A stretch of DNA of 64,000 nucleotides from the NCBI RefSeq assembly GCF_037042905.1, contig NC_087250.1, positions 17,734,001 to 17,798,000 of the forward strand, in the 5' to 3' direction. The notes beneath the pieces were generated by a model, which was not told the DNA's origin, made no database searches, and worked only from the letters and a program-made list of their open reading frames with translations. The position numbers were made by a program, and so were the translations under genes. The stretch's first letter is position 1, and each line of letters begins with the position of its first letter. Source of the DNA: Lytechinus pictus (Eukaryota). This document shows, one piece after another, positions 39,764-53,170 of this stretch.

Positions 39764-40726
39764 TTAATGAAAAAGTTCGCAATATCTATGTTGTGATATT
39801 ATTGATAGTAGTAGTAAGCACCACTGTCACCAGGAAAAATCACACCACGATCTTTTAGACATACCTTCCAAGAGGTAATTTCATCAAGTTTGCCTTTGCC
39901 CAACGATCCGTCCCTGGATGGTATGAACTCCCAAATCAAAGAGTTAATGCAGTTTCGCTTGACAGCTCGAAATGTTCCTGCGAAACAATTTAGACAATAT
40001 CCCACACTCCATATAATGTGCATCACGGAAAAAATAGCATGGGGGCTCGGGGCGGTTTTGCCCCTGAAATGCTTTAAAAAATGACAAAAGAGCCCCTGAT
40101 AATCCCAATTCACTGTGATGTTAAACCTATCCAATTTTGCAAATGAGGAAGATGGATATGTAAAGGAGCCCCCCCCCCAAAAAAAAATCCCTACATCTAA
40201 GTTTACTGTAGTTTCATCTCCAAGATAGGCTGCAGAGCCCTTTGAAGATAACTCCAAAAGCAGTATATCAAAAAGCTATCAAATCTCACAAATTCCATCT
40301 GGTACTCTTTTCTAATCTATTCTGTTTCACATCCTATTTATCAATTAAAAAAAACCTCATGATTCTATCAAAGCTATTGAATCTAGCAAATCCCTTCTAC
40401 ATTGTATGCTTTTTCCCCATTTAATCTTATCTAATCACTGCCCCATCTTACAAAGAGTTACGATTGATCCGATCAATTTCAACAATATCCTAATTTTTTT
40501 TCTACAGGAAATTTGCACAATGTACTTTGAGAACAAAGATAAGCAGTATCTCACTGACTTGTCAAGAAAACAATGAATGTATGAATATACCTCAATCAAG
40601 AAAATATTGTGAATAAACATGCATTTTAGATGGGTGACATTGCTGGCTTTTCATAGTTGTGGTTGATCAGATCAAACGCAATTCTTTGTAAGACGGGGCC
40701 CTAGTCACATTCCAATCTAATCATTC

Positions 40727-41013
40727 CAGAGCGTTGTGGCTCAGTGGATCAGTCTCCGGACTTTGAAACAGAGGGTCGTGGGTTCAAATTCCAGCCATGG
40801 CGTAGTTTTCCTTCAGCAAGAAATTAATCCACATTGTGCTGCACTCAACCCAGGTGAGGTGAATGGGTACCTGGCAGGAATTTATTCCTTGAAATGCCGA
40901 TCATGAAAGCTGCTTGAGCTACAGCCAAGGTATTAATATCCAAGTCCTTTGGAAGCGCATAGAGACGTTATTCATAATGTGTTATGCGCTATACAAGAAC
41001 TGACTATTATTAT
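40727..41013 (+). mobile_element. tRNA-derived SINE abutting the DUSP acceptor at 41027
   Basis: A box tggctcagtgg, B box ggttcaaattcc, and tail agcgcatag...tatgcgctatacaagaactgactattattatt. Confidence 0.88.
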
Positions 41014-41027
41014 TCCTTCTCTTTCAG

Positions 41028-41142
41028 GATGTCAACATCAAGTATTGTGGCCTTCCAGTGAATGATGAACCAGAAGCAAACATCAAGAAACATTTTAAAG
41101 CAGCAGTCAGCTTCATTGATCAGGCCCTCAAACAAGAAAATG
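41028..41142 (+). CDS. DUSP3: DUSP3-like coding exon 3 (DVNIKYCGLPVNDEPEANIKKHFKAAVSFIDQALKQEN)
   Basis: Acceptor ctttcag at 41027, donor gtattt at 41143 (phase 1). The general-acid Asp falls at residue 92 of the spliced protein, as in VHR (D92). Confidence 0.92.
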
Positions 41143-41420
41143 GTATTTTTCAAAATTCTTTTCTATTCTTTATTTCATTTCCAGTCAGAGATAGTGCAAA
41201 GTATGACATTTTTAAGAAAAACAGTATAAAAGAAAGCATATGGAAATGAAGGGGTTTCACCAAAAGCAATGCTTTAAAAGTTTGGATCTCCCATGAAAAT
41301 GTACAAATGGTTGGATGCTTTAATAATAAAGCATATGTACAATGTAATATTAAAGGGAAAAAAAGAGGAAAAAGTTAAGAGGTGGGGATCAGACTGAGGA
41401 TTTAGTCACACAAAGTCATT

Positions 41421-41817
41421 GGCCCGAATTCACAAAGCTAGTTGAACCCATGGTTTATGCAGATTTCCTATATAAATTACACTTATTTACTGCGTATATT
41501 AAAAATGTCCAATGCTGATGCGCGCTTTTGTCACAGTGTGCCAAATTGACGCCTGTTACCATGGTTAAGTACGCTATTTTATTCATGAGTCCACTGTTTG
41601 AAGAGTGGACTCACTAATTAAAAACAGTGGACTCATGAATAAAATAGCGTGGATAACCACGGCAACAGGCGTCAATTTTGCGCACTGCGACAAAAGCGCG
41701 CATCAGCATTGGACATTTTTTTATGAACGCGGTAAATAAGCGTAATTTATACAGGAAATCTTCAGAAACCATGGACTCAACCGTGGGTTTTCAAAACCAC
41801 CTTTGTGAATACGGGCC
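41421..41817. mobile_element. PIF/Harbinger-like MITE (partial copy ~34500-34820)
   Basis: TIR GGCCCG(A/T)ATTCACAAAG and 3-bp TSD ATT. Confidence 0.75.
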
Positions 41818-42038
41818 ATTATGTTTTATTTTTCTTTGAATGGTAACCACCCATGATATTTTGATGGAGACTTATTGATCGCTAAAGTAAAGAAATTCAT
41901 TATCACCAAATAATGACTATGAATATAACCACTGCAGAAGCCCCCGTATATGAAATTTTGGTTTTGTTTTGCCTGTGTAATATTTATTATGTTAAAACTG
42001 ATAACGAATGTATGCCAGTGAGTCTTGGTAATAAATAA

Positions 42039-42266
<228 letters not shown>

Positions 42267-42523
42267 ATGTACATGTAATAGGAAATCTGTAATTCTTTAA
42301 CTTACTTTTTTAAATATGAAAATGGGGGAAAAGGATTGTCAAACAGCAACTTGCAAGTCATACATGTGTATATGAAGTGGCATGTATTCTGAAATCAGGT
42401 TTCATAAGCGTGGTCTAAAGTTGGATAGCCAATCGTGCCAAAAATCTTGAACAGGAGAAATTCAAATTAGCAGCATATTTGGTGCTTAATTAATTCATCA
42501 CTGTCTGGAGATGTAAACTAAAA

Positions 42524-43790
42524 TTGTATACGCCCGTCCTAGATGGGACGTATTAGGGTGTCACGCTCGGTGTCCGTCCGTCCGTTAACTATTCCTTGTA
42601 AAACACAATGACTTCAGTTTAACTTAGCCTAGGCTGCCTGATGTATGATACTAGCATGGATCCCAGGAAGCCTATTGATTTTTAGGTCAAAAGGTCAAAG
42701 GTCAAGGTCACAGTAGCCTCTTGTCGAGGCCCTGGCGGCTGCTTCCCGAGCGAAGCGAGGGATTCCCTTATTCGCGAAGCGAATTAGGCCTGGCGCGAGC
42801 CAGGGCCTCTTGACATCTGAACTGAATTATATATTCATGAGGAACGTCTTCCTAATGAATATACATGAGTCATGATATTACCGGTCACCGAGTAAACCAA
42901 TGAAATGTCAGAGCTGTTTCGTTTTGGGTTCGGAATACTATATAGTATAGTAGTCCATTATTCTGCAGGGGATTCATTTAATTGCGGGACACTAAAGGGG
43001 ATATAACCAGCAAAATGCTACAAGTAGTGGTACTACTACTACTACTACTACTACTACTGGCCGTAACAGACCCATCACCGCCCCGAAACTTCCCGGGAGA
43101 TACTGCTCAGCCGCTGGTCAGACTCGAGTCAACTCCCAGCAACTCCACCCCAGCTTCCCTCACTGCACTGCACAGCGGAGATCGATAATCGACGCCCCGG
43201 TTCGATCGGTGGAATCGCATGAAATATATTTTTTCCATATCCTGTGGGTAGATTTACAAAGACATCTCGTCCTTTCAGTGCAGAGTTAATTTCATCGACT
43301 TGCAAATCCTTAAATCGGTCAATATTCAGCATTTTAGAGTCATATTCAGTGCTCTTTGATATTTCGTCGTCACTCTTCGCCAAGAATCCAAGGGTCGCCA
43401 TTCAAGATGAGCTCATGAATATTTAATATGACGTCATAGCAGCTCGCGCTCTCATTTGATGATTTTCACCGACCAGTTTTTGGTCGGTGAATTGGTAAAA
43501 ACAATAAAAAACAAAAGAAAGTCGGTGAAATTCGGGTTAGATGTCAAGAGGCCCTGTCTCACGGCGCTCTGCTTTGCTCTCTCCCTTGCTTTGCCATGTT
43601 CGCTCGGAAAGCAGCCGACAGGGCCTCGACAAGAGGCTAAGGTCACAGTGACATCTATGGAAAGATAATTGAAGAAAATGTGCTGTTTAATTGCATTGAT
43701 GCCTGTGTAAATGACGAGCACATATTGCTCATTTACAACAAATGATACTTTTGTAACTTGCTTCCTTTTGCCAAATTACAGGAGAATATT
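42524..43790 (+). mobile_element. DINE-1/HINE-like element hosting the AcademH insertion (3' boundary approximate)
   Basis: 5' hairpin tatacgcccgtcc..gggacgta, (GTCC)n microsatellite and ggtcaaaggtca motifs. Confidence 0.6.
42714..43639 (-). mobile_element. AcademH deletion derivative retaining the N-terminus of a RecQ-like SF2 helicase
   Basis: TIR TAGCCTCTTGTCGAGGCCCTG, 9-bp TSD AGGTCACAG (42705-42713 and 43640-43648), and ORF 43129-43401 with KDLQ...GRDVFVNLPTGYGK (helicase motifs 0/I). Confidence 0.88.
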
Positions 43791-45114
43791 TTGTTGTCCT
43801 TTACAATGAAAATAATGTGTACATGTATTTGACATCATAGTATAGCAAGTCCATTATGTTATAACAAAGTGATTCTAAATGACAGAAAAAAGTCACAAGA
43901 GATTTGAACATTTCATCAAGAGAGGTTGCTATCGACGATAACTTGGGAATCTTATGCAAATACCTTGCCTTATAATATGCTATCTTGCCTTGGGATTCCA
44001 ACTGGAGGGGGGGGGGGTGGACTATTTACAGCCCCACTCCTTCGTGAACTGACTACAATTAACATACTCCAGGGGAGCATTTCATTAAAAAAAAAATTGT
44101 CCCTGATTTTGATTGGCTAAGAAGTACTGTTGCTCTGGTAACTTTCAGATAAAACATCACTTGTCAGATAAAACATCAGACAAGTCATAATAATGCTCTC
44201 CTGGAATGTGTTTCATAAACTAATCATAAGCTACGCACAAGTTCACGCACAACCGGGTCCCATTTTACCAAGAGTTTCGATCGATCCGATCGACCACAAG
44301 TATCGAAAGCCAGCAACTCCATCTAAAAATGCATAGGTCTGTTAAAAATGTTTTTTTCTTAATATGATATATATTATTAAGCGTGCATCATTGTTTTGGC
44401 AATTCAGTGTGCTTCTCTTTATTTACAATGGACATTGTGCCATTTTTGTATCGCCTGCATAGCAGAGCGAGACTATAGGCGCCGCTTTTCCGACGGCGAC
44501 GGCGTCAACATCAAATCTTAACCTAAGGTTAAGTTTTTGAAATGACATCATAACTTAGAAAGTATATAGACCTAGTTCATGAAACTTGGACATAAGGTTA
44601 ATCAAGTATTACTGAACATCCTGCCTGAGTTTTAGGTCATATGACCAAGGTCAAAGGTCATTTAGGGTCAATAAACTTAGACCATGTTGGGAAAATTATT
44701 TTCAAAATCTTAACCGAAGGTTAAGTTTTTGAAATGACATCATAACTTAGAAAATTTATGGATCTAGTCCATGAAACTTGGACATAAGGTTAATCAAGTA
44801 TTAGTAAACATCCTGTCTGAGTTTCAGGTCACATGACCAAGGTCAAAGGTCATTTAGGGTCAATGAACTTTGGCCAAGTTGGGGGTATTTGTTGAATTAC
44901 CATCATAACTTTGAAAATTTATGGATCTAGTTCATGAAACTTGAACATTAGGTTAATCAAGTACCACTGAATATCCTGTGCGAGTTTCAGGTCACATGAC
45001 CATGGTCAATGGTCATTTAAGGTCAATGAACTTTGGCCGTGTTGGGGGTATTTGTTAAATTACCATCCTAACTCTGAAAGTTTATGGATCTACTTCATAA
45101 AACTTGGACATAAG

Positions 45115-46085
45115 CAGGGATGCCACTTTTCCGTATTTATACGGAATTCCGGCTTTTTTCCTGCTATCTGTCTTATTTCCGTATTTCCGACTTTTCCTGT
45201 TTTCTGTGTATTAAAAAAAACGGAAGTCCTCCTTTTTCCCCCTATCTCTCCCGATTGCGATGCATGTCAATCGACCGAGTGAGAGATATTTCCCCGAGAT
45301 ATTTGCTTTTATACGGTACATAATTTATCAACACGCGCACTGCCTACTACGTTCATTGAGTTATGCTTTTATCAAGGCTCTCTGATTAGAATTATCGATA
45401 TCCTGGCCAATCAATGCGAGCGACAAGTTCCAAACGCATGCACATAGACAAGCGCAAAGCAGCGGCACGAATCGCGGTATAATAGCGACTGGTAAATACG
45501 TCTGTAAAGATGATGACTTCATCCAAGATGGCAACTTACGATGACCAACGAAGGAATCGAGGATGACTAAGTTTTGATCATTATTTGAAAGGAATTAGCG
45601 GTAACTGCGGTCTAAGGTACGATGTTTCTGAATTTTATATATTTTCTCGTAAGTTTGGATGTAATTATTTTTTTATAATGTGACATTTTATGTACCAAAA
45701 ACGATCCGAAAATCGGGTTTCCGCCGAATGTTAGATCTAACGTTACTGCTGCATGCTGATACGGAACCCAGGGAGCTCCGGCCCGGAAAGCGGGCCGGGT
45801 TACGTATCAGCTCCCTGGGTTAGCTGATACGTTGTCTTTATGTACGGGCCAACAACTCTTCAGTCTATGTATTGGTGAGTGGAGCCAACGCGGTTCAGCT
45901 GAACAACCAAAATAGAGACTGAAGCTTTTGGTCTCGCGTTCTATGATAAACACACAACTAACTACCGTCAGTTTTTCAAACCTAATTGACTTCAAAGTCA
46001 TCGATCACAACAAGGTAAGAAAAAAAAAAGCCACTTGGTCCTCCCCCCTCCCCTAAATTTGAGGGGGGCGGTCCCCCCCCCCCTC

Positions 46086-46139
<54 letters not shown>

Positions 46140-46273
46140 TGTCCAATTTTTTACCTGTGACATGTGTCCATCCCAAAATTTAAGGTGGACCCCCCTAAAT
46201 TTTTTTTTCTTGGACACTGTCCCGGCCCGCGATAAGTTTCAGTATTTTTGGAGGACACCTAGTGGCATCCCTG
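45115..46273. mobile_element. CAGGG-ended non-autonomous DNA transposon with 6-bp TSD
   Basis: TIR CAGGGATGCCACT and TSD CATAAG (45109-45114 and 46274-46279). Confidence 0.82.
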
Positions 46274-46664
46274 CATAAGAGTAATCAAGTATCACTGAAC
46301 ATCCTGTACGAGTTTTAGGTCACATGACCATGGTCAAAGGTCATTAAAGGTCAATGAACTTTGGCCGTGTTGGGGGTATTTGTTGAATTACCATCCTAAC
46401 TCTGAAAGTTTATGGATCTAGTTCATAAAACTTGGGATATAAGAGTAATCAAGCATCACTGAACATCCCCTGTGAGTTTCAGGTCACAAAACCAAGTCAA
46501 AGGTCAGTTAAGGTCAATAAACTTAGGCCATGTTGGGGTAATTGTTGAACTGCCATCATAACTTTGAAGTTTATGGATAGAGTGAATGAAATGTGGACAT
46601 GGGTGTAGTTGACAGTCTTAAGTCTCCGTTCAAATGTCATTTATGGTCAATGAACGTGGTATTA

Positions 46665-47655
46665 TAATGAACCATTCTTTTATAGCGCATATCACAAAAA
46701 GTAAATTTAAGTCCCTATGCGCTTGAAAGAAGAGAAAAAAAGAGAAATAGATATATGGTCAGTGTCATATAAAGATGAAAATACCTTGGCACAAATTCCA
46801 AAAAATATTATTATAAAGAAAGAAAGAAATGTGTCTTTAAAAGATTCTTAAAACTCTCAATTGTATCGGCAAGTTTCAGGTTAAATGGTAACTTGTTCCA
46901 CAGCTCTGCTGCAGCGTGTTGAAATGACCTCGCACCATAGAAATTTGTTAACACCGACTGGGAAGCCAACTGACATTTTGATTTGGAACGTAGATTTCTT
47001 GCAGGAGAGTATTTAGTGATCAATTCTTGCAAATAAGCAGGGCCCAATTCCTGCATGCACAAGAAAACTAACGTCAATATCTTAAATTCAATACGCTGTC
47101 TCATCGGAAGCCAATGAAGCTGTCGTAAGTTTGGGGTAATATGATCATGAAGTCTAGTGCGAGTCACCAACCTTGCAGCAGAGTTTTGGATTCTTTGCAA
47201 TTTCTGAATTTCACTCTCAGGAAGGCCATACAAAATACCATTACAGAAATCAAGGCGAGACATTACTTGAGCATGCACAAGTCTCTCTGTTGATTTCTTC
47301 GAAAGAAAAGGTCGAATTGTCCCAATCTTTTGCAAAGCAAATGAAGTAGCCTTACAGATCTGTTTCACATGACCTGACAAAGTCAAATGCTCATCAAGTC
47401 TAACACCTAAGTTTCGAGCAGAACCAACAGTATGTATTACCGTGTTACCAAATGAAATGGACTCAATGGATTTACTTTGCCTAAATTTACTTGTAAAATG
47501 TAGTACCTCAGTTTTCTCCTCATTAAGTTTAAGACCATTATGAACAGACCAATTCTTAATATCTGTCATACAATCCTCGATTTGCAAAATTGCTTCATTC
47601 TGATGACTCTTTTGAACCAGCACATAAACTTGTGTGTCATCAGCATACATCATAC
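46665..47655 (-). mobile_element. 5'-truncated L2/CR1-group LINE, C-terminal part of the reverse transcriptase plus 3' tail
   Basis: 280-aa ORF 46811-47653 with YADDTQ, ARNLGV, SRLDFCN and LHWLP motifs. The 3' end has a gcgcatag...tatgcgct stem. Nested in a Helentron-like element. Confidence 0.92.
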
Positions 47656-48405
47656 CTTTTAATCTATGCTTACAGATTATGTCATTATATGAATGGTGTT
47701 TTTGTGAATGATTATTTTATAGTAGTTTTCAAAGTTAGCACTGCTGCTATATTAAATTGCGTAATGCAGGCGAGACTGCCAGAGGCGTTCCACTTGTTTA
47801 ATATATTAGATTTGGCATTGATGAATATCCGTATAGGGGTCATTCCATGGGGGTAGGGTAACAAAATCGTGTGATGTCCATGTAATGGTGGCTTCAGCTT
47901 TTTCATTTCACAGGGATGATCAGTTCAAATGGGGCTAAGTCATAGTAATTCAGTTGGAAATTCTGTATCTTTAATTGATTTGCTGCAAAACCAATACAAA
48001 GTTTTACCACCTCTACATGGACATCATAATGGCATAACATTAGCAATAATTATAAATTCTCAATTGTGAATCTGCAATACACCATGATGCTTGAGAAGTA
48101 AAACTTGGTGGGACACCATTTATTTTTGCTGATAATTGAATGCATACATTTGCCTTCTTTACATGAGACAAAGTTTTGGAGTTCTGGTATGTCATAAAAA
48201 TTGCCTCAACCACATGGAATGACCCATATATGCTGTTAATTGGATTAGTCACAATTCTTTGTAAGAGGGACCTAGTTGATGAGATGAGATCCTCAATAAT
48301 TTTTTGTATTCCATTCAGCTGCATTTAGGATGTGATCTTTATATATTCCTATTTATACATGTAGCAATAAACACATGGATTTTTCTCAAACTTTGGTATA
48401 ATTAA

Positions 48406-48982
48406 AGGACAAGTCCACCCCCCCCCAAAAGTAGATTTGAATAAAAAGAGACAAATCCAACAAGCATAACACTGAAAATTTCATCAAAATCGGATGTAAA
48501 ATTAGAAAGTTATGACATTTTTAAGTTTCGCATAATTTCACACAACAGTTTAATGACCATCCTGGTCAGTATGCAAATGAAGAGACTGATGATGTCATCC
48601 ACTCACTATTTATTTGTATTTTATTATATGAAATATTCTTATTTTTTCCTCGTCCTGTTAAACAAAGTTTTATTCCTCCCTGAACATGTGGAATTACCAT
48701 TTTTAAAACATTTAATGGTTCAGTTAAGTTGGTGAAAATTGAAAAATTGTAAAATTCAAACAATAAAAAACAAAAGAAATAGTGAGTGATGGACATCATT
48801 GTCTCTCTCATTTGCATGCCACTGAGTTGTGCATATATCTGTTTTGTGAAAAAATAAGCAAAACTTTAAAATGTCCTAACTTTCTTATTTTACTTCCGAA
48901 TTTGATCAAATTTTCAGCATTATGCTCATGTGATTTTTCCCTATTTATTCAAATCAACATGTTTTGGGGGTAGACTTGACCT
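48406..48982. mobile_element. Kolobok/T2-type MITE
   Basis: TTAA|AGGACAAGTCCACCCC...GGGGTAGACTTGACCT|TTAA. Confidence 0.8.
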
Positions 48983-50024
48983 TTAATAGGAAATGATCTT
49001 ATATTATTTCAAAAGAAGGAAAATCTAAATCTTAGCAATTAATTATAGGGCTGATTTTGCGACTGATCATGCACAGTAATCAATACAATCAATCAGTGAA
49101 ACCAGCCCCAACGATCAATTTCTCAGTTTTATCATGTATATAAAGTCAGTACATAACTTACGAAATAGCTTTATAAAATGGCCCTCAGGATTTTTTTCTA
49201 GGGTTAAGAGGAACTACTGTGCATGCATTTTTTTGAAATTGTTATTCTATTTTTACTATCTACAATTTTTTACTGCTATACAAATTCAAAGTACTGTCAT
49301 TTAACTGAAAGTCTTCCATAACCTATTGTTCTGCCTTCTGAGCACTTGCCAAACGTTATGCACAAACATTTAGTATTTTGTAAATGAAATTAATGTTTGA
49401 GATGCACCCATGGCTGTATGCAGAAATATTTTTTTGGGGAGATGCATATTTTCAAAGAAACTCATAAGCGAACGTGCGACCCAGCTTAATACGGGGGTGC
49501 CTTTACATTTTCTAAAGTGAAACTGAAGGATTTTGTGCACACATTGTTAAATTTATGCAAATTTTCAGTAATTATAATGTAACTTTTCATAATTTTTGTC
49601 TCCTCACCCCCGCTGCGAACAGCTATGGGTGTACCTGTGTGTGTTTTCCCACGTTCATTGACATAGAATGCCATTTAACATTTTGTCTGCAAATGTGTCA
49701 ATTCTATGGATGCAGGCTGAGGACAACACACCATTAAGTTTCATGTTGGTTTATTGTGACGCAACAAAAAAGATTATATCTGTTGGCAGAATAAGTGCGC
49801 TTTGGGATATTCGCCCAGTTGCCCAGAGTGAACATCATCTGATTTCAGCTTCGCTGTAAAAATATCAAGTCATTCTTGTGTGGCTTTAAATGAGATGGGG
49901 CATAACAAGTGGATCGATTATTGTAGTTGTGGTCTGATGTAGTAAAGACTACAAATTGTGGCTGCGAAGCAGCCTCCACCTATACACTCCTGTCTGCATA
50001 ATCAATATTTTTGTTTATTCAAAA

Positions 50025-50172
50025 TGGCAGACAAAAGCTGTGATCCCGAAGGTAAATGTAACACAGAGGGATTGCCTTGTAGATTGCGCCTTTTCCATAT
50101 CCTGTTGGCAAAGCAACAAATATATCCCTTCCGTCGTCAATAACGCTACGACTGGCAGATTCTTGAAGGTCT
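50025..50172 (-). pseudogene. RecQ-like helicase fragment (Academ-type)
   Basis: Manual translation gives DLQESASRSVIDDGRDIFVALPTGYGKGAIYKAIPLCY. Confidence 0.75.
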
Positions 50173-50509
50173 CAGAATTTTCCACTAGGAATGCCGAGTT
50201 TATCTGAATATCTATGCTTTAAAATGGTATAGATTTCAAAACAAGAATTGGTTGAATCGGGTCAAGATCACACTTCATTTGCCAAGTACATTAAGCAGCT
50301 TGAAAACAAGAATACTGCACTCTGATTGGTCTAAGAGACCGTACTCATGTAAAACGGGAAAATGTTTGAATGTATGCCTCCCTTCACCGCTTGTTTTGTT
50401 GGCACTAAGTATTTTATTGTACTTCCTTTTGAGGGCCTTCATCTTGTTTTGGATGGATAGGATATTCCTTTAATACAAAACCATGCTTTCGGAGATAATT
50501 GGCAATAAA

Positions 50510-50686
50510 CAGGGGTGTTCAGATTTTTATCTGATTTCAGATTATTTTGTTTTGATTTTCAGCTTAATTTCAGCTTATTTTTGGCCTTCCTCTGTACAAA
50601 AAGTATGGGAGCTCTTTCTATTTCAGACTTTTTCAACACTCTCAGCTTTTTTCAGATCTTTTTATTTGTGACCACTCACACCCCTG
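50510..50686. mobile_element. CAGGG-ended MITE with 6-bp TSD
   Basis: TIR CAGGGGTGT and TSD AATAAA. The empty site ggcaataaattcatggg is present in paralogues near 57985 and 59226. Confidence 0.85.
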
Positions 50687-51249
50687 AATAAATTCATGGG
50701 CCACAACGGCCCCCACTGTGCCATCCAGTTTGTTGTTGACATCCTCCTTGACCCAGCACTCCACCAGTATGTCCATCTCCTGTGGCTCCTAGTTCCTTCC
50801 TTTCTCTACACCTTTCTTCATTTCTTTTTGTTTTGTTTTAGGCATTTCGTCCAAAACTTATAGAGATGGTACTAGTGCACGATCGTGATGTAACAAGTTA
50901 GATCGACTCTCTGTTAGCTGCAGCACTAGCTAGTTACATGTAGCTACAGCTACGGGCGACACATCACGGCTGTGTGCACGCAGTTCACACGTTTTTGTCT
51001 TGTTGTTTGTATGTACTATTAGGCGTTCATTCATAGAGCTCTAAGAATCATTTATTCCATAACATATTGCCAAAAAGAATGAGAGACCTTTTTCTTGAAG
51101 TTGTATCCCGATTATTCTGTAAAATAAACTGTATGGCATAGGTAAAAAAAAAATATATATTTGGTTAGCCAGCAGGTTGAATATACGTTATAACAGAATA
51201 CAACAATTATCACGATACAAATGCATTACAATCACAGTACAAGATCCAC

Positions 51250-51710
51250 ATATCTAACTTGTTTGAAAGACTTTTTAGTTTCTGCCCTAGCCTCTTTGGT
51301 TTTACAAGTTTACTTTCTCTCTGAAAACTTTAATTTCGTTTTCCAGACGTGGAATCTCCTTCTTTAAATGCTCTGTTTGATGATTTTGAAATCTAAGCGC
51401 TTCAGAAAACTCCTTCAAATGCTTTTCAAAGTTTTCAACATGCTGGGATAGATGAGTTTCCAGCTTAGTTAAATGTTCATTTATTTTTCCCATATGGGAA
51501 TCTAATATCTTCTCAATTGAAGGAAGTAATTGCGGGCTGTCTGGCGTGCTGTAGATGGGGCATATTGGCGTAAGCGGTCGACGCAGCTTTGACTCGGCCT
51601 TTCCAGAGGTAGCCTTGCTCGTTTTATTCGATATAGCACCAGCTCAAAGTTGCGTATAAAATGAATAGCAAAGGGGAGGAGCGGCTCAAACACGTCCTTA
51701 CTCTACTGCA
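51250..51710 (-). pseudogene. LINE 5' UTR plus coiled-coil ORF1 N-terminal fragment
   Basis: ORF 51302-51493 is a heptad-rich coiled coil (EFSEALRFQN...LENEIKVFREKVNL), typical of L1/CR1-type ORF1p. A GC-rich leader lies upstream. Confidence 0.55.
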
Positions 51711-52339
51711 GTCATTACGACGAATGACTGCAGATGGTACTAGTACACGATCGCGATGTAACAAGTTGGATCGACTCTCTGTTAGCTGTAGCACTAGCTA
51801 GCTAGGTACAGCTACAGGCGACACATCACGGCTGTGTGCACGCAGTTCACACGTTTTTGTCTTGTTGTTTGTATGTACTATTAGGCGTTCATACCTCGAG
51901 CTCTAAGAATCATTTATTCCACAACATATTGCCAAAAAGGATGAGAGACCTTTTTCTTGAAGTTGTATCCCGATTTCCTTGTCTTTTCTGCAGTCAACTT
52001 CATCAAGGTGAATTATTGCTATAGCAGAGCACCCAAGTAGTACTGGTTTTCAGTAATTACTGAAAAATGAGAAAGAATACTGGTGGTGTCATGCAAATTA
52101 CCGGTACTGATTTCCAAAGTTTCATTTTATGTGTTCTATGGTATTTCTGTGAAAATACAAATTTCTTACCAAAATACTGATTTTCAGCCTTTAAGAGACT
52201 GAAGTGTTCTTGATCAAGTTGGCATCTCTGCTGTAAAAGGGATGTATACTCGTTGCACAGTAAATTGACCTCTTTGTTATCTGTAAACATCTATCTATTC
52301 TCTTTTCTCATTTCAATAATCAAACTTAAACCGTTATCC

Positions 52340-53170
52340 ATGATTCTTTCCTTCAAGAAATCTGTGCCCCTCCTCACCACATATAGTGCACTTCATTTAC
52401 TCCTTGCAGTTTTGAGCAATGTGCCCTTCCCCATCGCACCTATAACATGTGGTAATGGTGCAGTCCTTTGCCTCTTTACCAGTCTTCTTGCATTTCAGAC
52501 AGGTTCTTGGCTGCCTGTCATATCTTACCCAGCAACCCCGCCCCTCTATCATCTAGGAAGATGGGATGTCCTTCTCCAGTTTCATTTTATATTGCCTCGT
52601 CCCGTTAAAAATGTTCGGGAACTCCCGGTGAGCGAGCTTTTGCCCATCCAGAACCTTTCCAAACCTGCTCAAGATATACCTCACGGTGTTATCGTTCGCT
52701 TCAAAAGGAACATGCAAGATGGTAATAATCTTAGTATCCTCACAATAAGCTGATACTGTACGTTCCTGTCATCAATTGAGATGTGATATCCTTCAATTTT
52801 ATCTAGTATAGTCTAGTCCTGTTGAAATCGTTCGAGAACTCTGGGTATAAAAGCGAGCATTCGCCCATCCAGCACTTTTCTGAACCTGCTTGGGATATAC
52901 CTAACAGTGTTATCATTTGCTTCAAATAAAACTTGTTAAATATTCGTTTTGGTGTCCTCACAATAAGCTGAGACATTAACATTCTTTTTCTCCCCCCAAC
53001 ACACTCTGAATTTCTCTCCTCAAAGCAGCATTTAAAAAAAGTAACATCGAAGGGCTTCCCACTGAATGAGCTTTGCATCGCCGTCAAATGCTCTTCAATC
53101 TTCACTCCAATTTTCTTCAAGAACTCAAAAACACTTCCTTCTTTCTGTACTTCTACTCGAATGGAACATT
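52340..53170 (-). pseudogene. Tx1/L1-type ORF1 (ZCCHC3-like, three zinc knuckles) fragment; further copies ~58655-59075 and ~60024-60850
   Basis: FNGTRQYKMKL..IPSSL.IEGR.CWVRYDRQPRTCLKCKKTG..CYRCDGEGHIAQNC..CTICGEEGH, broken by stops and frameshifts. Confidence 0.85.

Larger units (their letters stand above)
44443..47779 (+). mobile_element. Second copy of the HINE-like element, interrupted by a CAGGG element and a LINE
   Basis: Same 5' end (gcctgcatagcagagcgagactataggcgccg), same tandem units and same 3' end (tgcaggcgagactgccagaggcgttccacttgttt) as 37147-38119. Confidence 0.8.

Noticed and set aside
39799..40257. 152-aa - strand ORF in a DUSP intron
   Set aside because: No recognisable domain and non-ATG start; it overlaps repeat-like sequence.
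49663..50217. P-like element bounded by CATAGA...TCTATG
   Set aside because: Only 6 bp of terminal match and no TSD.
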